A stretch of 63,910 bases of DNA, filler included, from Bigelowiella natans CCMP2755 (Eukaryota > Protista > Cercozoa): the NCBI GenBank assembly GCA_000320545.1. It is 4 parts of 4 records of this genome, joined end to end, with 100 filler letters (N's around TTAATTAATTAA, not from the genome) between each part and the next. Parts side by side here need not be neighbours in the genome. Positions count along the whole stretch, not along the records: positions 49,170 to 62,355 come from ADNK01003535.1; positions 62,456 to 63,910 come from ADNK01002007.1; 2 more parts are not named here. One strand, 5' to 3'. The translations under genes were made by a program, and so were the position numbers. Below the pieces are notes generated by a model. It was not told the origin of the DNA. It ran no database searches and saw only the letters and a list, made by a program, of their open reading frames with translations. Positions 52,683 to 63,739 of this stretch are shown here, in pieces. Each line of letters begins with the position of its first letter. Position 1 is the first letter of the stretch.

Positions 52683-55640
52683 TCACAGTCTTTCAATCAC
52701 ATCACTGTTCAAGAAATTAAACAGATTTTCAGAATGTGCCAGCCACTTGTATTCCGTTTGTTGTGAATCCTGCAGAGGCGATATCACAATATGATGCTTG
52801 CGATCGCCAAAAAGCATCAATGACTGCGTGGTTTTCGTTTCTATCGCTAGACCATCCGATGATTTGAGTTTGACTGACTTGCCTTTGAACATTCCAAGCA
52901 CCAATGCGAGCAGAATAATCACAGCGGAAGATCTTTCAGAAGCCCTACATCGAGCATTCGGTCTGCCAATGATGATCCACCTGGGTTTCATGTTCCTCAG
53001 TGAGTAAAAGATGCGGTGTGCTCCATTTTTGACAGTAACTTCGTAGTCTCCCATCATCTTTACTGTTTTGCCATCACTATTTTTCACTTCCTTGATAAGA
53101 TCTTTGATGATTAGTCCCTCACCATCTCTACCCCTAGATGGCATGAGCACAGAGTGATAATAAGACCTGGCCACTAAATCTGTTGTCAGATAACTTTTCT
53201 CAAACACGAGCTCCTGGTGAGGGCTGAATACACTATACCAACTAACATGGTCGTAAATCAATGACGACCGTTTTCCCCGTTCTTTCTGCAAGAATGAATG
53301 GTATTCTGCGATCGCTAACAGCCTTGATGAAAATTTGGTGAACTCTTCTATCAATTCAAGGTCCAAATTGTAGAAGTCTATGCTAGGACAGGTAGAGTCA
53401 ATTTTGAGCCTGAGCGAGCGAATAGCATCTTTCACTTCCATGGCATCCTTCTCATCACGGAAAGATTTAGGCAGCGCCTTTATGTGAAGCTTAGTCGCTA
53501 AATTATAGGCCCACTCTTTCGCCAGAACACGAATCTTAGTTGCAAGTTCATGTCTCGAGCTGTGGTATGCCATCTTCATTTCGTTGTCGCTATTGCTAGA
53601 TATCTGCGAGTTGATATTCCTAAAGGTATCCACTAATTCACTCGTAGGGTCAAAAGGCCCCTCTTCAATACTCGCGCTCTTATGGTCTGTAATAGACTCA
53701 TCATCCGAGATCTCATCTTCTCTGTGCTCGTTGCGATTTTGGGTGGTTCTCTCAATCGTCATATCAATGGCATCTAAGTTCTTGATGATGTTCGGAAGCT
53801 TCTTATCATACTCGAGTTCTTCTAACAAAGCGGCACTGTGTTTCATCCTCTGCAGTAGGCAGTAGTGATTAATTGTAACTAGACAGTCACTCGAGAACCT
53901 GAGGGCCGAACCCACTCCGAAGGACTCAATCATCTCTACGTACTTCATGTCACTTTTCACCTCGGTGAAGTTCTCTCTACTCAAGTTTAGGCAAATGCTT
54001 TTCCCAATCTCCTTCATCAAACCGTTAAGATATAAATGGTCCCCACCATTGAATGGGGCATCTGATTTTAGATAGCTTCCACTATGTTTACTGTCTCGTC
54101 CGTATCGAATGGAAGATTTCGATATCACCTTCGCAAAGGTTGTGTTTTCCAGCAGGTCGCTGATCTCTTTATAGTCGTGTTGCGCGTCCCTCTCTCTGAT
54201 TTTCACTCTAAAGCATCGCTTAGACAGATTTTCATAGATACCACCGAATCCATGGATGTGCTTTGTAGTATTATCGAAGGCCTCATCCGTCGGTACCATG
54301 TTGATTGCAATCTTAAAATGTTTGATCTTCTCCTTGAATTTGTCGGGGTCTAAACTGGAGCCTAGTATCGGGTAACAAGATTCCACACATCTTCTAAGTG
54401 CTAGGCCCCTTTTTAACCACACATCATAGTAATTTACCATGAGAACTACGACTACAGACGAAGAAGACTCAATAACGGACTTCAGATTTATAGCGTTGAT
54501 TATGCGCAGTGCCTTGCATCTGTTGTCTAATAACCCTGCAGGATCACAAAAGAGTGTTTGATATTTATCTTCCTTGAATGGATAGTCAGTTATCACGATT
54601 GGCATGAAAGTTTTAGATGCCACACCAGAACCTATTTCGGTTAGAGTCTCAGTCCCTTCGCGGACTTCGAAACTATCGAATTCTTTGCCCTGCTTTCTTA
54701 CTTTAACAATTGGTTTTCCAAAGGCGTAGTTTGTGTAGGTACTCTTACCGACTCCTGTGTCTCCTACTATGACGACACACTTTCTTTCTGTCATGCTTCT
54801 TGTCATGTTATCGGATCTCTTTCTGCCGTACTCGATACAGAGGTGTATGAGTCTTATTGATTCTCTTGGCTCCATGTGCGATTCAGGGTTCTTCAGAACT
54901 TTATCAAGGGTAGGACATTTCTTCTTTATGCTTTTGAGGTCCACTTCACCACCTAGCACTGCAGGTTCAACGGGTTTAGTGTTGGTACTAGCTGTGTTAT
55001 CCTTACTCTCTGTACTGGGCTGCTGATCCGATCCCGTATCTCTGCTACTGCGTGTTCCAGGTGGCTGGACGACATCTTCCGGTAACTTCCGTATCTGGCT
55101 AGCGATGTGTGGAGAATTACTGTCGGTATTCAGTGGTTCTATTACACAGAATATCTTTGCCTTGAAGGACTTGAACGCTAAAGTCATGCCCTTCATATGT
55201 ATCTCAAAATTTACAGAACAGTGACTGTCCTTGGTAGATCGGGACTTCTCTTTCAGCCTGTTGAAGTCACATACCAGCTTTCCATTAGCGTCCATGTAAC
55301 CCACCTTCGAATCTACTCCACTGCTAAATGAGAAATCGGATTTCTTTCTAGACTTCGAGGAATGTTCAGAGTCTCCTTGTCTAACGTACACCACGTGTCT
55401 CTTTACGTACTTCCAATAAGGCTCCGGTCGGTAATACCACTTTACACACGTGTACCCTTTTTTGATGGTCGTAAACTCACGTGTAGATTGGCCCCTCGAC
55501 AAACTAACATCTGCAACTTGCACCACCTCTTGACCAGCTTTCAACTCTTCACCTTCATTGTCAGATCCGACCTTCTTCAAACAATTATCTACAACACCAG
55601 ATTTCAAGTCTCCACCTTCATTGCAAGTTGAATCGGTCAT
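52683..55640 (-). CDS. Intronless 985-aa protein with a central TRAFAC-type P-loop GTPase domain (AIG1/MMR_HSR1-like)
   Basis: G1 VVIVGDTGVGKST, G2 region EIGSGVASKT, G3 LFCDPAGLLD; helical C-terminal half; short hydrophobic AVIILLALVLGMF near the end. Confidence 0.8.
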   Translation of the reverse strand: MTDSTCNEGGDLKSGVVDNCLKKVGSDNEGEELKAGQEVVQVADVSLSRGQSTREFTTIKKGYTCVKWYYRPEPYWKYVKRHVVYVRQGDSEHSSKSRKKSDFSFSSGVDSKVGYMDANGKLVCDFNRLKEKSRSTKDSHCSVNFEIHMKGMTLAFKSFKAKIFCVIEPLNTDSNSPHIASQIRKLPEDVVQPPGTRSSRDTGSDQQPSTESKDNTASTNTKPVEPAVLGGEVDLKSIKKKCPTLDKVLKNPESHMEPRESIRLIHLCIEYGRKRSDNMTRSMTERKCVVIVGDTGVGKSTYTNYAFGKPIVKVRKQGKEFDSFEVREGTETLTEIGSGVASKTFMPIVITDYPFKEDKYQTLFCDPAGLLDNRCKALRIINAINLKSVIESSSSVVVVLMVNYYDVWLKRGLALRRCVESCYPILGSSLDPDKFKEKIKHFKIAINMVPTDEAFDNTTKHIHGFGGIYENLSKRCFRVKIRERDAQHDYKEISDLLENTTFAKVISKSSIRYGRDSKHSGSYLKSDAPFNGGDHLYLNGLMKEIGKSICLNLSRENFTEVKSDMKYVEMIESFGVGSALRFSSDCLVTINHYCLLQRMKHSAALLEELEYDKKLPNIIKNLDAIDMTIERTTQNRNEHREDEISDDESITDHKSASIEEGPFDPTSELVDTFRNINSQISSNSDNEMKMAYHSSRHELATKIRVLAKEWAYNLATKLHIKALPKSFRDEKDAMEVKDAIRSLRLKIDSTCPSIDFYNLDLELIEEFTKFSSRLLAIAEYHSFLQKERGKRSSLIYDHVSWYSVFSPHQELVFEKSYLTTDLVARSYYHSVLMPSRGRDGEGLIIKDLIKEVKNSDGKTVKMMGDYEVTVKNGAHRIFYSLRNMKPRWIIIGRPNARCRASERSSAVIILLALVLGMFKGKSVKLKSSDGLAIETKTTQSLMLFGDRKHHIVISPLQDSQQTEYKWLAHSENLFNFLNSDVIERL

Positions 55641-55739
55641 CTTTAAGCAGTAGTTGTTCCTCGAAGGGTGTGTGATTCGCCGGGGAAGGGTTTAGTGAGT
55701 GTCAAATTACACCTCAAAGCACAGGCTGTGCATTTGTAA

Positions 55740-57600
55740 GTTTTACATCGAATCGATGCTTGGAATTAACATCGGCAATTTTGTTGATTTCAAGGAATTA
55801 GTCTCTAGAAAGTGCCACAATTTGACTGTGTTGCTCAGCAAATCTCCCGGCGCCGGCGCCGCGGCCAGCAACTGAACCGAAGAGTTCGAGAATTCTACGT
55901 GGCAGCATTGAGCTTTGCAACACTTTTCTGAACATTGCACAAAGAACAAATGCCCTGCACAATGTGTGCGTAGACAACTACTTCATGATGTCGTTGATCA
56001 ATTCAACGCTCATGCAGCCCGAAGGAAACAACTCACTGAACTTCTAAGCTTCGTCTTTTCGTGTGTCGTTCGGACTTTTCCACCTCGGCACATGTGAGTT
56101 AGCACTGGCAGCTGATTCTGCTAGTCGCAAGTCAAAATCGACATCTGTTCCCCGAACCGGAAAACGCCAAAAAGAGTGAGAAATGGCGTTCAATTTTGGT
56201 TTCATTTTTTGTGCTGCGCGCAACAATTTTCAAAGCCGAACTTGGTGGTTGCGGTCCAAGCTTTTTCCAGCCAGAACACATGGGAAAAGTGCACTTCATT
56301 CATGAAAGGCCAACTTTGGTCTTTTCAATGAGGACATTGTCGCAAGATGTTTTTGGCCACTCTCATCCGTTTCATCAATCCGGTTTGGTCTTTGTTGATC
56401 AAAATTGACTCTTGTTTGGTTCTGTTGGTCAAATGCAGGGCCGAACTTGAAAAGCGGTCATGCAGGCGTGCAGGGTCCTCAGATTCATTCGTCTGCGAGT
56501 GCAATCCGTCTGGCCGTGCATTCAGCGCTCTTGGTTGGAGTGTCTGAAATGAACACGAATCAATCGTACCAATCAACCCACTGGAGATGACCACGATCGT
56601 GCCTGCACTGACAAACTCTTGTGCAGGTCAACAACTCAAAAAGGACTTGCGGCCAGGACTTGTTTGCACAGACACGCAAAGATTTGATTGTCCAGGAACT
56701 CCAGTCATTGCGGATGCGCCATGCGGTGAGTCGCTGAAAGCCCCTTTCGCACTTCTAGACTTCTCCGGTCATCCACACGACCAGAGTGGCAACCTTCTGT
56801 CTTCTGTCTCCATCACGATCACACGGAATCCACCTCCCTCGTGATCGCACGAACACTGCTGGACTGTCCAGCTGTGCACAACTCGATGGATTTCAGCAGA
56901 AGAAATGCGCTGGCGCAACTTGGTCATTTCAAATTGCCATCACTTCAGCACCACGACGAATCCTCATGCACGTGGCAAACCAATGTGCAGAATTGAAGAC
57001 GCGGAAATGATTCAGCTTTTCGGCTGTCAATCCTATCAATTTTGCGTGATGAGCTCATGCATGGGTTTTCCCAAGCTGCATCGCACGCAAGTTTTTTCGA
57101 TGATGGCTAGCTGGCTTTTGCACGACAACACTGGAACAGGGCTAGTAGTTGGCTAGAGGAAAGCATCATTGTTTCGGATTGAGTTTCGAGCGAAAGTGTG
57201 AAGTCTCTCTCGCCAACCCATCCTAGCACCCGGCGTGCAATCGTTCGAAGAACGTTGGCGCCATTTTTGCCTGCATGCATTGAACCGCTAGACAGCAGAG
57301 TTGTGCGATGCGACGTGCTGACCCACTTTGCCGATTTGTTGCACTTTGACCATCAGAGCTTTGCTGTGCATGCTAGCATGCGCCAAATGCGATGCACATC
57401 CATCTCATGCACTCGCTGCAACCGCGATCGCAACGACGGCGAGAGCGGGGCATCTTGTCATCACTAGCCCTCGCCACCCTCGATCAACAGCAAGTGAACG
57501 GTAGGAAAGGGCGCGCCATCATCTACATGCTCATCACATTTGTTTGAACCTGATGGTGCTGTTTCTGCGTGATCTGCATCGCTGGTGAAATGTTAAATTT
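55740..57600. other. TpA-depleted intergenic island, probably a decayed gene or transposon relic
   Basis: High-complexity sequence with no intact ORF; about 14 TA dinucleotides counted by hand in 56111-57590, 9 of them in CTAG. Confidence 0.8.
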
Positions 57601-57724
57601 AAACACGTCAGCTCTAGGGCACATTGTGAGGTCTGCACTGGGTGCTACTGTTGCATGCCATCTTTGCCCAAGCAGCAGTAGCTACATCGGTGTCATTTCA
57701 CGAGCGACTCACTATTTGGCCCTC

Positions 57725-58448
57725 TTACATCCCCGACAGGGTTTTAAGACATCCGTCTATGACTCTTTCGTTCATTATTATCTGACAAAATCAAAAAAGA
57801 GGGGGAGGTGGAAGGTTTATAAGGAGACATCAGGATTCCTCGTGCATAAAAAATCGTACGAAATTTGTGGAAGAGCCTAACCTCCCCCTCCTTTCCCTAA
57901 AGGAAGGGGAAGGAGGGGGGGGAAATCAACAAACAATTGCTAACCTGGGCCTGCAGCTTGACCGTACTTTCCTGCTCTTGCAAAATCTCCTTATCAAGAT
58001 CGGCCAAGGTTTGCCTCAGCGGTGCGAGCGACCCTTCCGTCGTCTTCGAAGCTTCTTTCTGGACCTATTCATGTCGGTGATGATGAGTAGTTTAGAGCGG
58101 GTGAGGGGGGAAAGGGTGGCAGAAGAGAGGAACATAGAAAGTAGACGGCGAAAGAGAGAGAGGGAGGGAGAGAGGGAGGGAGAAATTAGAGAAATACCTC
58201 CTTCTCGGCGTCGTACACTCGCGTCCACTGCGCAAGCTCCTTGTTCATGCTCTCCATGTCCTCGCACACGTAGTCAATGCATTTTCCAAGCGGCGTTGCG
58301 CTCTGGCACAGTGCCTGGATCTTCTCACGCAGGAAGATGATCTGCTCCTCCGAGTAAAAGTTAGAGGCCCCCCCGCTCTTCTTCTTCAAGCGGCCAAACC
58401 GAAATTGCGTTCCTGCAGTGAGAGAGGATGATATTGTCAATCATACAT

Positions 58449-58488
<40 letters not shown>

Positions 58489-58506
58489 ATACACACATAC
58501 ACACAC

Positions 58507-58597
<91 letters not shown>

Positions 58598-59263
58598 CAT
58601 GCATATTGTGTGTGTGTGTGTATTGCGTGCATATAACACTCTACTACTAAAATCGTCTCCTCACCATCGTCGTCAGCTTTACTTTCATCGTTGCCATCCT
58701 TTCTCTCGTGCTTGTTCTGGAAGCGAAGGATATCCGACACGAGCTTGCCGTGCCTCTCATTTGCGTTGGGCTAAAATGCGCATATGAGTAAGGAGGGAAA
58801 GGGGAAGGAAGAGAGATATATTGAGTGAGTTCGTATCGCCATTTTGTGTGTAAAGCTTCTCATTCTTCTTAGGACACGGCTTTTCCAGAGAACAACAACA
58901 ACACAGCATACTGTAACCAAAACTACAGCACCGCTACAGAAATAATAGATGTGTGTGTGTGTGTGTGTGTGTGTAATTTTCGGAATGAGAAAGAAGCCGC
59001 TGCCCACAGCAGCATTGGCCATGGGAGGACATGACAAGTTCTTAGGAATCTCTTCAGGTGTTGGACGACAACCTGCCCTGCCTCCATTTTGATGCCGAGA
59101 CCATCGTCATCATCATCATCATCATCCTCCTCTAGATCCTCCCCGGCGTTATCCTCGGTGATCAATCCTAGAGATTGTGAGAGGGGAGGTGAAGGGGGGA
59201 GGAGGTGCGGACACGGACACACACGCACTCACACACACACGCATGCACACCTAAATATATTAT

Positions 59264-59317
<54 letters not shown>

Positions 59318-59340
59318 AAATATATTTAGAGAGAGAGAAA

Positions 59341-59414
<74 letters not shown>

Positions 59415-59783
59415 CGCGCACGAAAAGTGTGTTGTATACCGGTCGATTCTTTGTCCATATCGGCAATGGTCTTCTTCTCCTCCACCAGGTGAGATCTAAC
59501 CTTGGGAGGCGCTCGGCGGGCAGTCATCGGTCGTGTTGTAGGCCTAGCACTTCTCATCTCTCGCTCCTCCTCTTCAGCCGCTTTATGATACGCTGCAGTT
59601 GCCTGGAATGATATGGAGAGGGGTGAGGGAGGGGGTGATGGACATCAGCTGCTGTTCACGCCAGATCATAATAAAGGCTGCCACGCGTGGAATTCAGGTC
59701 TTCCGAAGCATCATCTGCGACGACTCAGCTTACTACGTTGGTTGGTGGGACAACTGGTGGTTGTGGTTGTGGTGGTGGTGGTG

Positions 59784-59816
<33 letters not shown>

Positions 59817-60235
59817 GTGTGTGATTGTCTTTTCCTCCTCCTCCTACAACTACTACTACTACTACCTCATCTGCGGGCTTGCTCGTGATATTGCCGATGT
59901 TAAGCTTAGGCATGGCCACGGCCTTGTCGTTGGCTCCTTCTGCAGCAGCGCTGAGAGCAAGCTGCCTAAGATCAGTCGCCTCCTTGTTACTACTTCCAGT
60001 ATCTCCACCACTGCTTCTAGTAGATCGCTTGGACGACCTCTCTTCTTGCTGCTGCGGCTTGTTGCTGCTGCTGCTGCTGCTGTTGTCAGCTGTGCCGCCC
60101 TCTGCCTCCGAGGTGGTGGACTCTGGCGGCTTCCGGACGGAGGGGGAGGGGTCGCGCTTGCTCTTCCCTCCTCTCATTCGGGAGCGGATGACGTCGGAGG
60201 AGACGTTCGCCATTGCGGCCTGGTGGTGTTGGAAC

Positions 60236-60269
<34 letters not shown>

Positions 60270-60271
60270 AA

Positions 60272-60319
<48 letters not shown>

Positions 60320-61059
60320 TAATATATGTATGCGTGTGCGTGTGTCTTCTGAGTGCAGAGGACAGACCTTTGCCAGCGCGTGGAACAGCATGTTCGTCTT
60401 CGCGGCTTCCACCCCACGCATGACGTCGTTGATGTTGACCGGGAGGGCACTTCCGATGGCAAGTGACGTGAATTTGATGGTCTTTTTGATGAACATGGCG
60501 ATCATGCGGTTCCGAAGCTTCTTGTCCTGCTGCTTATATCTGACGAGACAACGACGACACAAAAACACATAGAGCGACGGAAGAATGGGATGAAGAACAA
60601 ATCGTGTGGCAGCACTCCCCTCCTCGGCTGTGTAGATTCTGACTCGCATAGTTCCTCTTTCTTCATTTCTCTTCTTCTTCTTCTTCTTCTTCTTCTTCTT
60701 CTTCTTCTTTTCCTTCTTCTCTGTGCTGCTCTCATTGGAAAGTTTGGTCGCTGTTTTGCGTGTTGGTTGTTGCATTATTACTCTTGCGGGTCGAGCTCTT
60801 CTGGCGTGTAGAGACCGTCCAGAAACCCCGTCGCTTTGATTACGCTCAGGATGACGTCAAGGATGAACTTCGCCGGAGGGCGCGTTAGGAATTTATCTTT
60901 CATCGGCGCCCTTTTGATGAGGGGGGAGAGCAGTGTCTTTGAAGTTGCGATGCCCTCCTCCAGAGATGCAGGTTCTTGTACGCTGATGGATGATGATGAT
61001 GACGATGATGGTATGCTCGGTGGTGAGCTGCTCAGTAGGGAATGGAAAGAGGAATGAAT

Positions 61060-61097
<38 letters not shown>

Positions 61098-62150
61098 CGG
61101 GGGGGGGGGTTAGGGTTAGGATTTAGCATAAGCATGGTGGTTTACTTTATCTTCTGCGAATCATCAGCAGAGGTTTCCTGCGACGAAGGGGCTGCTGCTG
61201 CTGCTGCTTCTTTATTTGCCTGCTGCTCCTGCTGCCTCCTCCTTCGTTCAGCCTCTTCCTTAGCCGCTTTCCTCCGTGCCGCCTTCTCAGCAGCAGCTCT
61301 CCTTCGCTCCTCATCCACAGCAGCCTTGGCCTTCCTCTCGGCCTCCTCCGCGTGAGCGCGTTTTCGCTCCGCCTCCTCCGCCTCTTTCTCTGCGGCTGCT
61401 GCAGCAGCAGCAGCAGCAGCTTCCCCGTCGTCCGGTTGATTGGCGGAGGAAGGATATCCTCCCCACCCCGTGCTGCCGACTTTCTTGAGGACAGGGCCCA
61501 TTGTTACCTTGCCTTCCTTTGTCAGGACCGCCGCGTCTGCAAGGCCTTTAAGCGGAGAGGGGTGTTAGCGACACACTTAGTTACTACCAAACCCGGCAGC
61601 ATCCGCTTGACTTTGATTTCCCTCTCTTCCCTCTCCCTCTCTCTGTCTCACTCCTCTCTCGTGTGTCTGTATGTTCGCATTTTGCGTGTCCAGTCGCCGA
61701 CCATGCACATCGTTGCCCAATGGCATTTGTTACTTGCAGTTACCTTGCAGCACTAGGTTTGTGTTTTCAGGCTCTAATCCAGCTGCAGCCTTCTCAGCGG
61801 TGAAATTCAACCTCCTCCCAGTGGCCGCCTCGACGCACGCATGGATGCGTTTCAGAAACCCGACCTGGAGTTAGTTAAAAGCGATGGCGCAGTTAAGACA
61901 ATGCTCATCCCGGTTTTCCTAAGATGGAAAGGGAACGCTCCTATCTATTCCCCACCCCCACATTGACCCGACAAGGGCAGGAAAAAGTCAAATTTAACGC
62001 CATAGTTTTCAAGGGTGAATGTTGTACCTTATTGTCCTTCGACCACTCTTTGAATGCAGCCGTAGATGCCTTCATCACCTTTTTTGATTGGGGGGAGGAT
62101 GAAGAGGAGCTTTTCAAGGTTGCTTGTATGCAAAGAGAATAACTTGCGCG
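57725..62150 (-). CDS. TRAF3IP1: Intraflagellar transport protein IFT54 / TRAF3IP1 (MIP-T3), 5'-partial
   Basis: CH-like KFLTRPPAKFILDVILSVIKATGFLDGLYTPEELD; RPMTARRAPPKV; C-terminal LREKIQALCQSATPLGKCIDYVCEDMESMNKELAQW; last exon IIMNERVIDGCLKTLSGM*. Confidence 0.88.
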
Positions 62151-62223
62151 CCTGTTGGCGAGCAGAGCTATTATGTAGGAATACTTGCCTTGAGATGACA
62201 CGAACACAAACATACGCATTTGG

Positions 62224-62316
<93 letters not shown>

Positions 62317-62355
62317 AGAGACACACACAAAAACACCGCGCGCGCGCGCGCGCGC

Positions 62356-62455
62356 NNNNNNNNNNNNNNNNNNNNNNNNNNNNNNNNNNNNNNNNNNNNT
62401 TAATTAATTAANNNNNNNNNNNNNNNNNNNNNNNNNNNNNNNNNNNNNNNNNNNN
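62356..62455. other. Assembly spacer (N44-TTAATTAATTAA-N44)
   Basis: N runs flanking an all-frame stop linker. Confidence 0.98.
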
Positions 62456-62535
<80 letters not shown>

Positions 62536-62759
62536 AAGCGGAGTTCCGCTGTACGATAGTGATTTTTGCATAATGTTTGCTAATCTCCTTGGTTCATCCG
62601 TGCGGGAAGCAATAACAGGCAAAAGAACGATGGTGACGACGATGATGATCAAATTGATAAAGACGAAAGATGATGATGACGATGATGATGATGATGATGA
62701 CGACGATTCCCTTCACCCCCCTCTCCCCCCCCCATTAAGTCAATGGGGTCTGAGTTAAG

Positions 62760-62928
62760 TCTTACTTTCGATTGGGATAGTTCTTGATATGCAGGTCGTG
62801 TGCACGGATGTTATGCACGCGCACTCCTAGGGGCACTCCCCAGCAAATGGGGTCCCAAGGATCTTAAGAAGAAGGGATAAAATCAATCATCAGAATACGC
62901 CGCCGGAATATATATTTAATAGTATATG

Positions 62929-63000
<72 letters not shown>

Positions 63001-63326
63001 AAGTGACAAGATTAGCGAACAAGATAAACATGGCGGGCACGGGCTATCACTCTATCACTGCGGGGAATATCATTTTCCTTGCGAGAGAGGGAGGGAGGGG
63101 GGGGGAGGGGCGGGGAGAGGTGCAAACGGACCTTCTGCCGGCACTACAAATTCAACTGGGACACTAAGTTCCCCATACACTTTCAAATACGCCTGTTTTG
63201 ATGATGATGATGATGATGTTGTTGTTGTTGTTGTTTGCATTGCAACCTCATTGGCATGTGTGAAGATGATGGCGACGATGCTGGGTAGCGGCGATGACAA
63301 CAACAACGACGACGGCGACATACGAA

Positions 63327-63362
<36 letters not shown>

Positions 63363-63505
63363 TACAGTATACCTGCAGCGACTTCATGGTTTGTCTGAAC
63401 CGAAACTCGTTGTCGTCCCATATAAACCCGATCTCATTTAGCATTTCGATTCGGCTGGGGTGCGATTTCACGTGCAGCCCGACCGCGCGGATGTTGCGGA
63501 CCTAA
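62760..63505 (-). CDS. Helicase-associated (HA) repeat protein, partial
   Basis: RIEMLNEIGFIWDDNEFRFRQTMKSLQ|AYLKVYGELSVPVEFVVPAEG|DPWDPICWGVPLGVRVHNIR matches the HA repeat pattern L..IGF.W...Y...YG...VP...LG..V..IR. Confidence 0.75.
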
Positions 63506-63511
63506 TAGTTT

Positions 63512-63547
<36 letters not shown>

Positions 63548-63687
63548 CGTTAATCATCACACGCGCAGATGTTCTTCGTTTTGACCGTTTTATTAGTAGC
63601 AAGAGAGGGGGGGGGGGGGGGATGATAGAGAGAGTTTGTGGGGAGAGAGAGCGTGAAGGCACACGGAGGAAGTTGGGGGTATCGAGA

Positions 63688-63739
<52 letters not shown>

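Noticed and set aside
55743-57467. Cluster of Cys/His-rich, Tyr-poor short ORFs; possible transposase or reverse transcriptase
   Set aside because: No recognisable motif. Loss of TA removes TAA stops and Tyr codons, inflating spurious ORFs.
61108-61122. TTAGGG-like telomeric motif
   Set aside because: Only about two units, within an intron.
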